Under the pieces are notes generated by a model that saw only the letters and a program-made list of their open reading frames with translations, searched no databases and was not told where the DNA came from. Below, one piece after another: positions 1-11,426 of a stretch of 57,650 nt of DNA. Source of the stretch: Octopus bimaculoides (lineage: Eukaryota). Numbering within the stretch: position 1 is the stretch's first letter; each line of letters starts with the position of its first letter. The stretch lies in assembly GCF_001194135.2 (NCBI RefSeq), contig NC_068987.1, positions 57,127,607-57,185,256 of the forward strand, read 5' to 3'. The position numbers were made by a program, and so were the translations under genes.

Positions 1-51
1 CGATCAAAAGAGGTAAAAAAATCTATGGTTTATTTTTTTTATTTTGTACTT

Positions 52-810
52 TATTATTGCCTACGTCTGAGTGAAGGTGGAGATATTGTTTTCAGTTGTA
101 TTTGTTTGTTTGTCCATGGACAAGATATCTCAAGAACCGCTGGATGGATTCAGATGAAATTTTCAAGGATGTTTGTGATTGGCACAGTCTCATTAAATTT
201 TGGGATCTATCTGGTACCAGACAAGGATTCTGGATTATTTTTCCGATTCTTTTTACTTTAAATGTATATGTAAAGTATCACTTAGTTCTCTTGTACATGC
301 ACACACACACTCACACATTTTCAGCATTGAACATTACCATCCCATTTCCATTGTACACACATACACATGCAAACATAGCTCTCTTTTACACACACATACT
401 CACACTTCAAATGCCGTTTATCGGCTTTTTCACTCCTTCCTTTGATATTCATCTATCACCTCTTCCTTTCTCATTTATACAATGCTCTTGTTGCCACTTC
501 GTTTCATCTTTCTCATTGTCATTACTTTCTCTCACTCCCTCTCAGTCATGGCTATTACTCTCACTACTTCTTCACTATATTAGTGTTTCATCTCTCCCTT
601 CACCTCTCACTCAATATATATATATATATATATATATATATGGATTATTTTTCCATTTGTGAGTGGTCAGGTTCATTTTCAGTATTGTCGTTTGTGAGAG
701 CAGTCGACTTTATTTCAGATATTCTCATTTTAAAAATCATCTCCGGTTAATCGTTGAGAGGACGTTGGTGTTGCCTTGGTGGAGGTTTGAACTCGCTGAG
801 TGCTCTTGTT
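52..810. mobile_element. DINE-1/HINE-like non-autonomous Helitron-family element (degenerate, with internal microsatellites)
   Basis: 5' ttattattgcctacg..gaaggtggagatattgttttc, then gtttgtttgtcc microsatellite and a core gatatctcaagaaccgctggatggattcagatgaaatttt; 3' end ccttggtggaggtttg..ctgagtgctcttgtt. This layout is recalled for DINE-1/Helentron-associated elements, not database-checked. Confidence 0.4.
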
Positions 811-1470
811 ATCATTTAAGATGGCAAGCTGACAGAATCGTTTGCATGCCAGGTAAAAAGCTTAGCAGTATTTCATCTGTCTTCATGCTCTGAGTTGAAC
901 TTCTGAGGTCGACTTTGTCTTTCATTCTTTCGGGGTCAATAAAACAAGTACCAGTTGAGCACTGGGGTTAGTGTAATCGACTAGCCCCCTTCTCCAAAGT
1001 TCCAGGCCTTGTGCCTATAGTAGAAAAGATTATTATTATTATTAGGGTGGCAAACTGGCAGAATTGTTAGCATGTTGGACAAAATGCTTGGCAGTATTTC
1101 TTCCATCTTTACATTCTGAGTTTAAATTCCCTGGAGGTTGACTTTGCTTTCATCCTTTCAGGGTTGATAAAATTCCAGTCAAACTAGGATCAGTGTTATC
1201 AACTAGCCCCACTCCCACCAACTTTCAGGCTTTGTGCCTATAGTAGAAAGGATTATTATTTTTAAGGTTGTGTGCTGGCAGAACTGTTAGCATGCTGGGC
1301 ATAATGCTTAGTAGCATTTCATCTGTCTTTACATTTCTGAGTTAAGATTCCGTTGAGGTTGACTTCAGCTTTCATCCTTTTGGAGTCACTGGGGTAAATG
1401 TAATTGACTTAACCCCTCCCCGAAATTGCTGGCCTTGTGCCAAAATTTGAAACTATTATTATTATTTCTA
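770..1470 (+). mobile_element. Head-to-tail array of 3 diverged SINE family D copies
   Basis: Unit ggtggcaaactggcagaattgttagcatg..ctgagtt(c)aaattc..gaggttgactttgcctttcatcctttc(g)gggt(c)gataaaa..ccag recurs at about 820, 1046 and 1265, separated by (att)n; the same unit occurs at 9630-9835 and 45271. Confidence 0.75.
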
Positions 1471-2234
1471 GTGAAGATATTAAAATCAGCTTTTAAGATG
1501 TAAAACAAACCTTGTTTCTGTACGGTCTCTCATCTTACTGAAAATAGCAGTCAAATTTTGCAGAAACCTCACTCTGTCTTTCAAAAAAATAAAAACAAAT
1601 CAAAATGATAATGATTGAAATGACAAAGGACTGATAGAAGCTAAAATAACAAAACATATTTTGTTCCTGCAAATATATCAATCCATTAACATTAAAAGAT
1701 GAATCTTTTTGATAGCCAGAGCTTATAGCTTCTTTAAACTTAAGTTTAAATCTATCCCCAAACCCAAGAGTTTATTTCTGATTGCAGTGAGTTTAAGGAG
1801 ATATTTGATGGTTCAATTCCAAGTAAAGCTATCTAGTGATATGTAAAGTAAATCTGCTAAAAGGTTTGTTCAAAGAAAACTAGTTTAAGGCTACTTTGTT
1901 GTTCATTTACAGGTCAGCTTTAAGAGGACCTACTGGTCAGACATTTCAGCTATTTGCCACCATAGGTAATATCAGGAAATACGAAATTATAATGTAACTT
2001 AATTTCTTGATGCTTAGACAAAAAGATGCAATGAAATGCTAACTTTCAAAAGAAAATTATTTATTACCTTAAAATAACGTTAAATAAAACAAATTTCTCT
2101 CTAAACTAGATTTAATAATGTTAGAATTTCTTATTTCTCTCTTTTTTTATATTATTTTTGTGGTTGGAAATAATGTAAATAATATTCACCTTGACTGTTA
2201 TTTACACATAAAATTTTATTTTCTCTTATTGCAG

Positions 2235-2780
2235 GTATCTAAAAGTAATGTGGTTGATGATATGGTGAAATCTAATCCAATTTTGTACAAGGGCAAGGAC
2301 TCTCCTGATCATACAGTTGTGATCAAATATGTACCTTATGTGGGAGACAGTAAACGAGCAATGGATGAGTACACCTCAGAAATTATGATGGGTGGTCTCA
2401 ATACTTTAGTTATACACAACACCTGCGAAGATTCTCTATTGGCCACCCCTCTTATCCTTGATTTGGTTATTATTTCAGAACTTTGCGAGCGTATTCAATT
2501 CCGAGTTGCTGATGAACCAAACTTCCAAAGTTTCAATTCAATCCTTTCTATTCTGAGCTATTTGTGCAAAGCACCACTAGTACCCAAGAATACACCACTT
2601 GTTAATTCTTTATTCCGTCAGAGAGCCTGTATTGAAAATGTCTTCAGAGCTTGCATAGGTCTTGCCCCTCTTAACAATATGATGCTGGAATATAAGCACC
2701 AGAATATATTTTTTGAAGAATATTGCAAAGAGTTTTCAACCAAAGAGAAAAGAGACCATTCCTTTATAAATGGTTGTTGA
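2235..2780 (+). CDS. ISYNA1: Myo-inositol-1-phosphate synthase, terminal coding exon (181 aa + stop; upstream exons lie before the window)
   Basis: Acceptor ttctcttattgcag at 2233-2234, then [89 protein letters not shown], the hallmark MIPS C-terminal motifs; TGA at 2778-2780. Confidence 0.96.
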   Translation, partial: VSKSNVVDDMVKSNPILYKGKDSPDHTVVIKYVPYVGDSKRAMDEYTSEIMMGGLNTLVIHNTCEDSLLATPLILDLVIISELCERIQFRVADEPNFQSFNSILSILSYLCKAPLVPKNTPLVNSLFRQRACIENVFRACIGLAPLNNMMLEYKHQNIFFEEYCKEFSTKEKRDHSFINGC

Positions 2781-3160
2781 AAAAGAGACTATGATACTGA
2801 TTTTGTACTCTAATTTTAGAGTTCTTCATTCATGTGCCTCTGCAAATGACGTGTGGAAATGTTTCTATCATAATTTTGTATTGACATTATTTTATTTATG
2901 TGTTAGCTATTTTCAAAATGAATTTCTTTGTTTATCAATTTGTCACTTTCATACATGTAACTGGCTGATACTATCCACTCTTTGTAGTTCATTAGCTTCT
3001 CCTAGACGTAGATTGCATGAGGCAGTCCTTGTACAGTTTCCTTGTGAATAACTGTTTCAATTAATGACAATCTATATAATAACTATGCATTTAATAAGTC
3101 ACTAAGTTATAGTCTGGTGAAGATAGCCTAATGTCATGCATCATTGTATCAGATTTGGTA

Positions 3161-3166
3161 AATAAA
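3161..3166 (+). terminator. Candidate polyadenylation signal for ISYNA1
   Basis: AATAAA about 380 nt after the stop codon, followed by a GT/T-rich tract (tttattcctgtattgatgcgttttgctgttgttt). Confidence 0.45.
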
Positions 3167-3809
3167 AAAATTTATTCCTGTATTGATGCGTTTTGCTGTT
3201 GTTTAATATATTAACATTTCAAATACTAACATCATTATCATAGTTATAATATCTATTTTCCATGCTTCTATTGGTCATCCAGGATTCATAGAGGCGTGTT
3301 TTCTATATCTGGATACCCTTACCTGTTTCTGAGCAAAGTATTAATTACATAGTCTGTGAAGCAACAAACAGCCTGGACATAGCTATGAGTCATTTTCTTT
3401 AGAAAGACTGTGCAACATGTAAGAACATGCCAAGAAGCCTAGATGTGCTTTCATCTTTAACTACAAACAAACATACAAAACCACCTGCATTGAGAGCAAA
3501 ACTTTTGTTTATAGAAAATGAGGGAAGAAATATGAAATCACTAATGCAAACATGCACACATGCTCAAACATACATGCATCATTATTTTAATGTCCACTTT
3601 CCCATGCTGACATGGGTCAGACGGAATTTGTTGAAGCAAGTTTTTCTATGGCTGCATGCCCTTGCTGTTATCAACCCTCATCTGTTTCTAAGCAAGGTAA
3701 TAGTTCTTCTTGGTCAGGTATGTTTTCCACAGAAGAGTTGAAATGAACAGTATTGTTTGAATCAAAGTGACACTTGTCTACAATCATGATGTGATGTCAA
3801 AAGAAGGGT

Positions 3810-4385
3810 ACACACACATGTGCGTGTGCACACAAGACCGGTTTCTTTCAGTTTCTGTCTACCAAATCCACTCAAAGGCATTAGTTGGCTCAAGGCTATA
3901 GTAGAAGACACTTGCCCAAGGTGCCATACGGTGGGATTGAACTCAAAACCATGCTACTGCAAAGTGAGCTTCTTAACCACACTGCCATGGCTGCACCTAT
4001 TAGTATTTTCTTTTATTCTTTTATTTCTTTCAGTCATGCTGGAAACCACTTTAAAGTGGTTTTGTCGAACAGTTCAACCCCAGGATTTATCTTTTAAGTC
4101 CTAGTACTTATTCTATCTATCTCTTTGCCAAACCACTAAGTTACAGGGACATAAACGCACCAACACTGGTTGTCAAGCAATGATGGAGGGGATAAACAAA
4201 GACACATACACACATATAACACGACGGGCTTCTTTCAGTTTCCATCTATCAAATCCACTCACAAAGATTTGGTTGGCCTGAAGCTGTAGTAGAAGACACT
4301 TGCCCAAGGTGCCACACAGTGAGGCTGAGCCTGGAACCATGTGGTCGGGAAGCAAGCTTCTTACCACACAGTCACACCTGCACAT
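3810..4385 (-). mobile_element. Two adjacent SINE family A copies (tRNA-headed, CORE-like)
   Basis: Reverse strand reads gtgtggtaagaagcttgcttc..accttgggcaagtgtcttctac..ccaaagccttgtgagtggatttggtagatggaaactgaaagaagcccgtcg. The accttgggcaag motif resembles the CORE-SINE domain. Confidence 0.7.
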
Positions 4386-4483
4386 ACATATTTATTTAAT
4401 GATTTTCAAAGATTATCCTCATTATTATTTAATATGGGGTATCATTGAGGATAAATTGATCATAGTAATGTACATATTAAGTA

Positions 4484-4830
4484 AATCGTGATGGCACCTG
4501 TGCCCAGCGTTGCCTTCCTGGCACTTGTAAAGACATTTGAGTGAGATCGTTGCCAGTGCCGCTGGACTGGCTCCTGTGCAGGTGGCACGTAAAATACACC
4601 ATCTTGAGCGTGGCCATTGCCAGTACCGCCTGACTGGCCTTCGTGCCGGTGGCACGTAAAAGCACCCACTACACTCTCGGAGTGATTGGCGTTATGAAGG
4701 GCATCCAGCTGTAGAAATTCTGCCAAATCAGATTGGAGCCTTGTGTAGCCATCTGGTTCACCAGTCCTCAGTCAAATCTTCCAACCCATGCTAGCATGGA
4801 AGGCGAACGTTAAATGATGATGATGATGAT
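4484..4830 (+). mobile_element. SINE-like family B copy (RTE-type tail, modular body), 5'-truncated
   Basis: Two ~57-nt modules ending ggtggcacgtaaaa, then ggaagggcatccagctgtagaaa..ccatgctagcatgg..gttaaatgatgatgatgat. Near-identical copies occur at 20640, 29126, 35515, 41497, 47415, 48335 and 51875. Confidence 0.85.
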
Positions 4831-5471
4831 TCCACTAAACTCCAAGAATGCTGAGGTTGATGAAAGCTTTGGAAACATCCAACGAAATAGATTATATAGT
4901 TTAGGAAACATTGCTTTTTATAGTTACTGGAAGTAGTAGCCAAGCTGTTTCTTATCATAGTCCTTTTAGGATGCACAATAAATAATGTGGTTGTAGATAC
5001 ACAACACCTAAAAGAGTAGGATGGTCATGGTTGGAAGAACTTTGATCATAGGTCTCTTATGCCAGAGCTAACCTAGTTTCAAACAAGTTATCATCATCAT
5101 TTAACATCCACTTTTCCATATTTGCATGGGTCAGATGGAATTTGTTGAGGCAGGGCAGATTATCTATGGCCAGACGCCCTTCTTGTCACCAAACCTCACA
5201 AGGTAGTATTTCCTCATGACCTGGAATATTTTGCTGAATATTGGAAATAAATGACAGTAACACCCATTTACAACTGTCATGCAATGCCAAGTGAAGGAAA
5301 CTCACACATATCCACACACAAGTTTCTGTTTCCGTCTACCAAATCCACTCTCAAGGCTTTGGTCAACCCAGGGCTAATGCAAAAGACCCTTGCATCAGGT
5401 ACCACACAGTGGGACTGAACTCAAAACCTTGAGATTCAGAAGCAAATTTCTCAGCCATGTCAGCACCTATG

Positions 5472-7301
5472 TACGAGGGGTGTTCACTAAAGATTTCCCC
5501 TGACCCTACTTCTGATTATTGCAGGGAACGGAACTTGTGCAGATATAATTATACATGTCATATTGTAAATTGTAGCTTTCCACTAGTATTCATTTGTCTT
5601 TTACAGCTGCTGAAGTGGAGTAAGGTGTTATAATGGAGGCAGTTGAATGCAGATCAGTGATCAGGTTCTTATACTTGAAAGGTCATACACCAAAAGAGAC
5701 TTTCGATGAAATGAAAGAAGTTTATGGTGACGATGCACCATCATACAACGTAGACAAGCACTGGCATCGCCAGTTCAAATGTGATCGAACATTGGTGGAA
5801 ACTGCTTTTATTCCTGGACGACCACATTCCGCCATTGATGACAACACCATCCATTAAGTAGAAGCTGCCATTTTGGAGAAACGCTGCATAACTATTCGGC
5901 AAGTAGCCCAAGAAATGAAGATAGGTGGAGGGTCTGTGAGAAAAATAATTCACGACCATTTGCACATGCGGAAGTTATCTACACGATGGATTCTCCGGAT
6001 GCTCACCTTTTCAGAAGCAGGAATGTGTCAATTGCTCCAAGGCACTTTTGGTAATGTGCCAAGAAAACAAAGAGGTCTTTTTCGGCAGACTTATCACACA
6101 AAATAAAACAGAAGTCCATCACTATGATCTTGAGACTAGAGTCCAGTCGAAGCAATGGAAGCATGATAACTCACCACCTCCAAAGAAGGCTCGTGTCCAA
6201 CATTCAGCAGGGAAGGTGATGCTCACAGTCTTTTGGTGCCAGCGCAGAGTAGTGCTGATGGATTTTCTGATAAAGGGCACCACAATTAACAGGGCATATT
6301 ATGTTTCTCTGCTGCAGAAATTGTGGGACAGCATCAAAACAGAGAGGCGTGGCATGTTGACCAAAGGAGTTGTAGTGACATCATCTTGAGAGTCTTCAGC
6401 ATGCATGCACAGGGTTGGAATCTTCTGGAAGGCCTGCCAGAAGTTCCCTCATATGCATGCGCAGAAAACTGGCAGGAAAAAAGTTCAGCGGCTGCGTCTC
6501 TGACTCGACACGCAGCCGCTGAACCTTGCAGATGTGGTTTTTAACAGCTCAGAGTTTGCCTACGCTCCTGTCCCGAACGCTTGGAATTTGGCCAGCTCTG
6601 ATTCTTACTGGAGTTCTGTGAAGATGCCTTCACAAAGTTTTATTAACTCCAGCTTTGCTGATTCTACACCTGACCTGACCACTGTATTTTCCAAGTGTAA
6701 TATTGTCTTCATAAAGTAAGATGAATATCGACTTTGCTGTTTCCACTCCAGACCTGGCTACTGATTGTCCCGAGTTGTACATTTTGTGCATACCGAATAA
6801 AAGATTGTTTTGTTAAATACTTTCTTGTTCTGCTAATTTTCGTAAAAAAACATTGATGTAAGGAATTGTGTGACACCCTTCCAGTACCAACATAATTCAA
6901 CCTCTTACAGAGTCCTCCTCTTCTAAGACAACGCTCCAGTTCAGAATGCGCATGTTTCCCAGACGAAAGTGCACACCTGCGGCTATGAAATCCTTCCTCA
7001 CCCACCCCCTTATTCTCCCAAACGCTCACCATCTAACTTCCGCTTCTTTCCAACCATGAAGTCTTTCTTGACGGGGAAGTGTTTTTCGGTTGGTGATGAA
7101 CATATTTCCGAGGTAAAGTCTTGGCTACAGACGCAAACTACCAACTTCTACAGACGAGGTCTTCACAGCTGCATAAGGCGATGGGAGAAGTGTGTCACCA
7201 TTGGTGGTAGTTATGCCGAGAAGGACTAATAAAGCCAAGTTTCGTTTATCCCAGTCCTTTGGAAGTGGGTCAGGGGAAATCTTTAATGAACACCTCTCGT
7301 A
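5472..7301 (+). mobile_element. Tc1/mariner DNA transposon (irritans/Hsmar2-like), degenerate transposase 5633-7229, interrupted by a solo LTR
   Basis: TA flanks and TIRs (cgaggggtgttcactaaagatttcccctgaccc / gggtcaggggaaatctttaatgaacacctctcg). Frameshifted transposase motifs: MEAVECRSVIRFLYLKG, PGRP, WILRMLT, SKQWKH, SAGKVMLTVFW, DN, HPPPYSP, RWEKCV. Confidence 0.95.
6371..6909 (+). mobile_element. Solo LTR (539 bp) with 4-bp TSD GAGT
   Basis: Begins tgtagt, ends ttaca (TG..CA); GAGT at 6367-6370 and 6910-6913. Removing it restores transposase KGVLLF*DN. AATAAA at 6796. Confidence 0.88.
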
Positions 7302-8660
7302 TGTATTACTCTATTTGTATTGTGTCTACTTTGTTAGGGCGGTCATAAAACAATGAAACAATACTGCACTATAAACACATCATAACAGTAGCTTAAAAGC
7401 AAACTAATTAAACTCTGCTTTATAGTGCTCCTAATTCATGCAATGATGAGTTTGTACATTCGCAACATACCTAAATTACAGCTAAACAAACTGAACTACT
7501 GTGAATTTAGTGTGCCATAACCACAAATATCATACAATGCTGGTGAGGATAATAATTTCATATAAAATCTTGAGCTCTCACCACTTTAGACTCTGACACA
7601 TCATGAAGTTGTTAGTGAAATTAAGTTGGTGCATTTCTGTTTTTCTAACTCTGTCAAATGTAAACATATACAAGTTAGAAGTGTGGCGCAGTGTATCAAA
7701 AGTAGCCTGATGGCATAATTCTGACCCATGTCTATATCCTTATAAAACAGTGTAGTTTGCGCAAAGGAGTCAATGTATGTAAAAAAAAATACATCTACAA
7801 TGGTATATGCAATGTCATGAGTTGAAAAACTTGGTAATTGATTCGCAAAATCTCGATTAAAAATATGAAGCAAGGGAGATAACTTAAGTAAGATTTATTG
7901 AAATTTTGAGAAACCAAACAATGCTGACAATTAAATCCGATCTTAAATAGCAACACAAACACACATAATGATATACAGAAAGTTGGTATGGTATTCACTG
8001 CTTTATAGAACATGTACATGTTTTATCGAAATATAATAATTACATAGCAGTTGTAGAAATAAATATGTAATCTTTCATTTCACCTCATCAGTGTTCTGCA
8101 ATAAAGATGACAGCAGTTAAAAGATCCAAATATGTGCACTTTTCCCGTCATGCAAATTATCAACAACGTCTTATATCATACAGAGGACAGAAAAAAACAA
8201 AAAACAACCTACGATGGATGTAGAAGGCCATGCCCCTCTCAAACGTAAGTCGATGTAATCAAAATAAATAAATAAATAACAGCAATTATAAGGACAATGA
8301 CCTATCACAGAGGGTCATTAAGCAAGGCCAAAGGGACAACATACTTCACAGCAACCTTTTCAAAACATACATGCGTACATCGTAATCGTTATCACTAGTC
8401 AAAACGCCCGCCCACCACATGTATTTATGTGAAGCCACCTAACAGCTGATGCAAGATGGCACGTATGTGAATTACTGATTGGAAATCAAATAACATCTCA
8501 CCTATGTCTTGTCGGAAAATTCAGAGTACCATAAGTGAATGTTTCATGTTTGTATAATATATTAATGATATTCCTGTTTTTCAATGGTATGGAGGTTTAC
8601 TTTTTTAGTTGCACATGTAGATAATCGATACATACATACATTCATACAAAGAAACAAACT

Positions 8661-9010
8661 TCTGTCAAATGTAAACATAACAGGCCGGATATTGTTATTT
8701 GGGACAGAGGGGCAAAGGTATGGACCATCATAGAGGTCAGCTGCCCTGTAGATATACATATCTATTTGAAAATCAAATAGAAAGAGGATATCTATGGACA
8801 ACTGCTTCGAAACCTCCAGCTTCTAAATCCTGACTATGAATTCATATTCATACCAATAATAATTGGAGCATTAAGTTTTGTTAGTAAATGCTTAAAGGAG
8901 AATCTAGATAAACTGGGATTTTCGGAAAGAGAAATCGACCGGCTAATTCGTACAAGTGCAATCTGTGAGTGGAACATTAAAAATATGCAAAACTTTTCTC
9001 AAGTTCCAAA
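8661..9010 (+). mobile_element. 3' fragment of an RLE (restriction-like endonuclease) non-LTR retrotransposon, R2/R4/NeSL-type
   Basis: Translates SVKCKHNRPDIVIWDRGAKVWTIIEVSCPVD..K*KEDIYGQLLRNL..FIPIIIGALSFV..LDKLG, a PD-(D/E)xK RLE signature with one in-frame stop. Confidence 0.8.
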
Positions 9011-9627
9011 TGTGGAGTCTTGTATCTTTGATGGTAACCGGTTCCCTCCTCAGTGGAAGATTTATAATAATTGAAAAATAGAATACCGGAACAGTAAGTT
9101 ACGTGAACCTAAATACACCAACACCGCTTGACAACCGGTGTTGGGTGACAAACACAGACGAGCACACACACAAATATTTAATAGGACAAACCTATTTCTG
9201 TTTCTGTCGTTCATAAGACTTTGGTCGGTCGAGGCTGCAGTTGAAGACACTTGTCCAAGGTTCCATGCTGGGTGACTGAACCCGGAACCTTGTAGTGTTC
9301 GTCCTCACACCACTTGACAAACCGATGCTGGTTTGTTGACGTTCCCATTAGCTTGTGGTTCGGCAAAGATATCAATATAATAAGTACCAAGCTTCAAAAA
9401 CAAAAGAAAAAAGTTCTGGGGTAGATTTGTTTGACTAAAATTCTTCGAACCGGCTACCCCAGCAGTCTTGCAGTCTAATCACTGAAACAAGAAAAGACAA
9501 AAATAAAGAAATAATCGTAATCTACATCATCTGAAAAGTATTTGTAGAAAATTTCTATAAAAAAAAAAATATCAATTTTCCTCAAAGTTATGGCGAAACA
9601 AAGTCGGAGATGGAGTGAAGGACATAC

Positions 9628-9835
9628 TTATTTCTTTATTGCCCAGAAGGGGCTAAACATAGAGGGGACAAACAAGAACAGACAAAGGTATTAAGTCGAT
9701 TATATCGACCCCAGTGTGTAACTGGTACTTAATTTATCGACCCCGAAAGGATTAAAGGCAAAGTCGACCTCGGCGGAATTTGAACTCAGAACGTAACGGC
9801 AGACGAAATACTGCTAGGCATTTCGCCCGGCGCGT
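9628..9835 (-). mobile_element. SINE family D copy, well preserved
   Basis: Reverse complement matches the 45271-45505 copy (cgggcgaaatgc..agtatttcgtctgccgttacgttctgagttcaaattccgccgaggtcgactttgcc). Confidence 0.8.
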
Positions 9836-10550
9836 GTGGGTAAACGCAAAGGTTAAAGATGTTTCGTTTAGTGACTATCATATGTCTGCAGTGCTTTACT
9901 TAAATTTATAATTTAGTCCTACCTGTAACTTCTTCTTACAAGTAGGAGTAAGTTTAAATGGCCAGAATGGTTCAGAAGTTCGCTTCGCAACAAAACACGC
10001 CTGGGGTTCGATCTTACTGCGTAACCTCTTAGACAAATATAATTTATTATTATTATTTTCGGATCTTTTTTAAAACGGGGGCCACATTTTTCATTAACGA
10101 AACACTTTGAAACTTGGAACACTGGTAGAATGTGTCATATAAAACATCTTTTTCTCTTAGTCTTCTTTTAAAAAAAAGAAATCCATAAGTTTTTCCATGT
10201 TAAAGTTGTCGTATTTCTGTAATTTCAACCAATCACTGACGTCCATTCAGCCGATATACATTAAGTGCCGACTACATAAACAAACGATTCTGAAACAATT
10301 AACCCTAACCCTAGGGTTAGGGTTAAAGCAAATTTAAAATGAAAAAAGCAAATAAAACGAAGGTATGGAGATTAAATACGCTTTACATCGCTTAATCAGC
10401 CAAAGAAGTAAATATAAACAACTGAATACTTNNNNNNNNNNNNNNNNNNNNNNNNNNNNNNNNNNNNNNNNNNNNNNNNNNNNNNNNNNNNNNNNNNNNN
10501 NNNNNNNNNNNNNNNNNNNNNNNNNNNNNNNNNNNNNNNNNNNNNNNNNN

Positions 10551-10890
10551 GGTTAGGGCAGCGGACTCGCGGTCATAGGATCGCGGTTTCGATTCCCAGA
10601 CCGGGCATGGTGAGTGTTTATTGAGCGAAAACACCTAAAAGCTCCACGAACCCTGCTGTTCTCTTTCACCACAACTTTCTCTCACTCTTACTTCCTGTTT
10701 CTGTTGTGCCTGTAATTCAAAGGGTCAGCCTTGTCACACTGTGTCACGCTGAATATCCCCGAGAACTACGTTAAGAGTACACGTGTCTGTGGAGTACTCA
10801 GCCATTTGCACGTTAATTCCACGAGCAGGCTGTTCCGTTGATCGGACCAAATGGAACTCTCGACGTCGTAAGCGACGGAGTGCCAACAAC
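10551..10890 (+). mobile_element. tRNA-derived SINE family C copy (5' end in gap)
   Basis: ggttagggcagcggactcgcggtcataggatcgcggtttcgattcccagacc (B box) through ggagtgccaacaacaac tail; matches the 30021-30411 copy. Confidence 0.85.
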
Positions 10891-11209
10891 AACAGTTTGG
10901 GTCTATCGATACCGTGTGAACGAAACTGAGTAAACGGAAACTGTATTGATGGAGTATACTTGTAATTCAAAAATAATAGCTTTGACATACACTCTGTCAC
11001 GCCAACTCTGCCCAAGGAGCACATTAAGGGTACATGTGTCTGTGAGATACTCAACCACTTATGCGTTAATTTAATCGCAGGTAATTCTGTTGATCGAACA
11101 ACCAAGATCCATCGCCACAAAGATGACAATTATATTTATAGGTAAAGGGAAATAACTAAGGCAGTTTTTCACCTAAATTATCTCCCTTTCACGAAAGTAC
11201 CCGCTCAAA

Positions 11210-11426
11210 TAAAAGGTGATGCTGAAGAGTTTCTGGCTTTGGGCAACAGAAAATACAGGAGGATCAGTTAATTATGATTTTATTCAATATATTTCTCTCT
11301 CAGATTCACACACTTATTGCAGCAGTCCTTCAGTTTTTCTAAGCCCTGTAAAAGAACTCGGATGGGCTTCCAATCTGGACTTTCGTGATACCCTTAAGGC
11401 CAGGAACTTTTCAGTACTCTCTCGTA
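11210..11426. mobile_element. Mariner-type MITE
   Basis: Degenerate TIR ggtgatgctgaagagtttctgg / ccaggaacttttcagtactctctcgta; the interior matches the 50685-50876 copy. Confidence 0.7.

Noticed and set aside
1913-1965. AG..GT-bounded 53-nt segment upstream of the ISYNA1 exon
   Set aside because: No frame encodes the expected NHLGNNDG..FRSKE motif; at best a cryptic pseudo-exon.
7443-7494. ATGATGA..CTGA as a C/D snoRNA
   Set aside because: Short, no terminal stem, no recognisable rRNA guide and no host intron.
10299-10326. Interstitial telomere from a chromosome end-to-end fusion
   Set aside because: The polarity is (CCCTAA)n(TTAGGG)n, the reverse of a fusion scar, and there are only two repeats per side.
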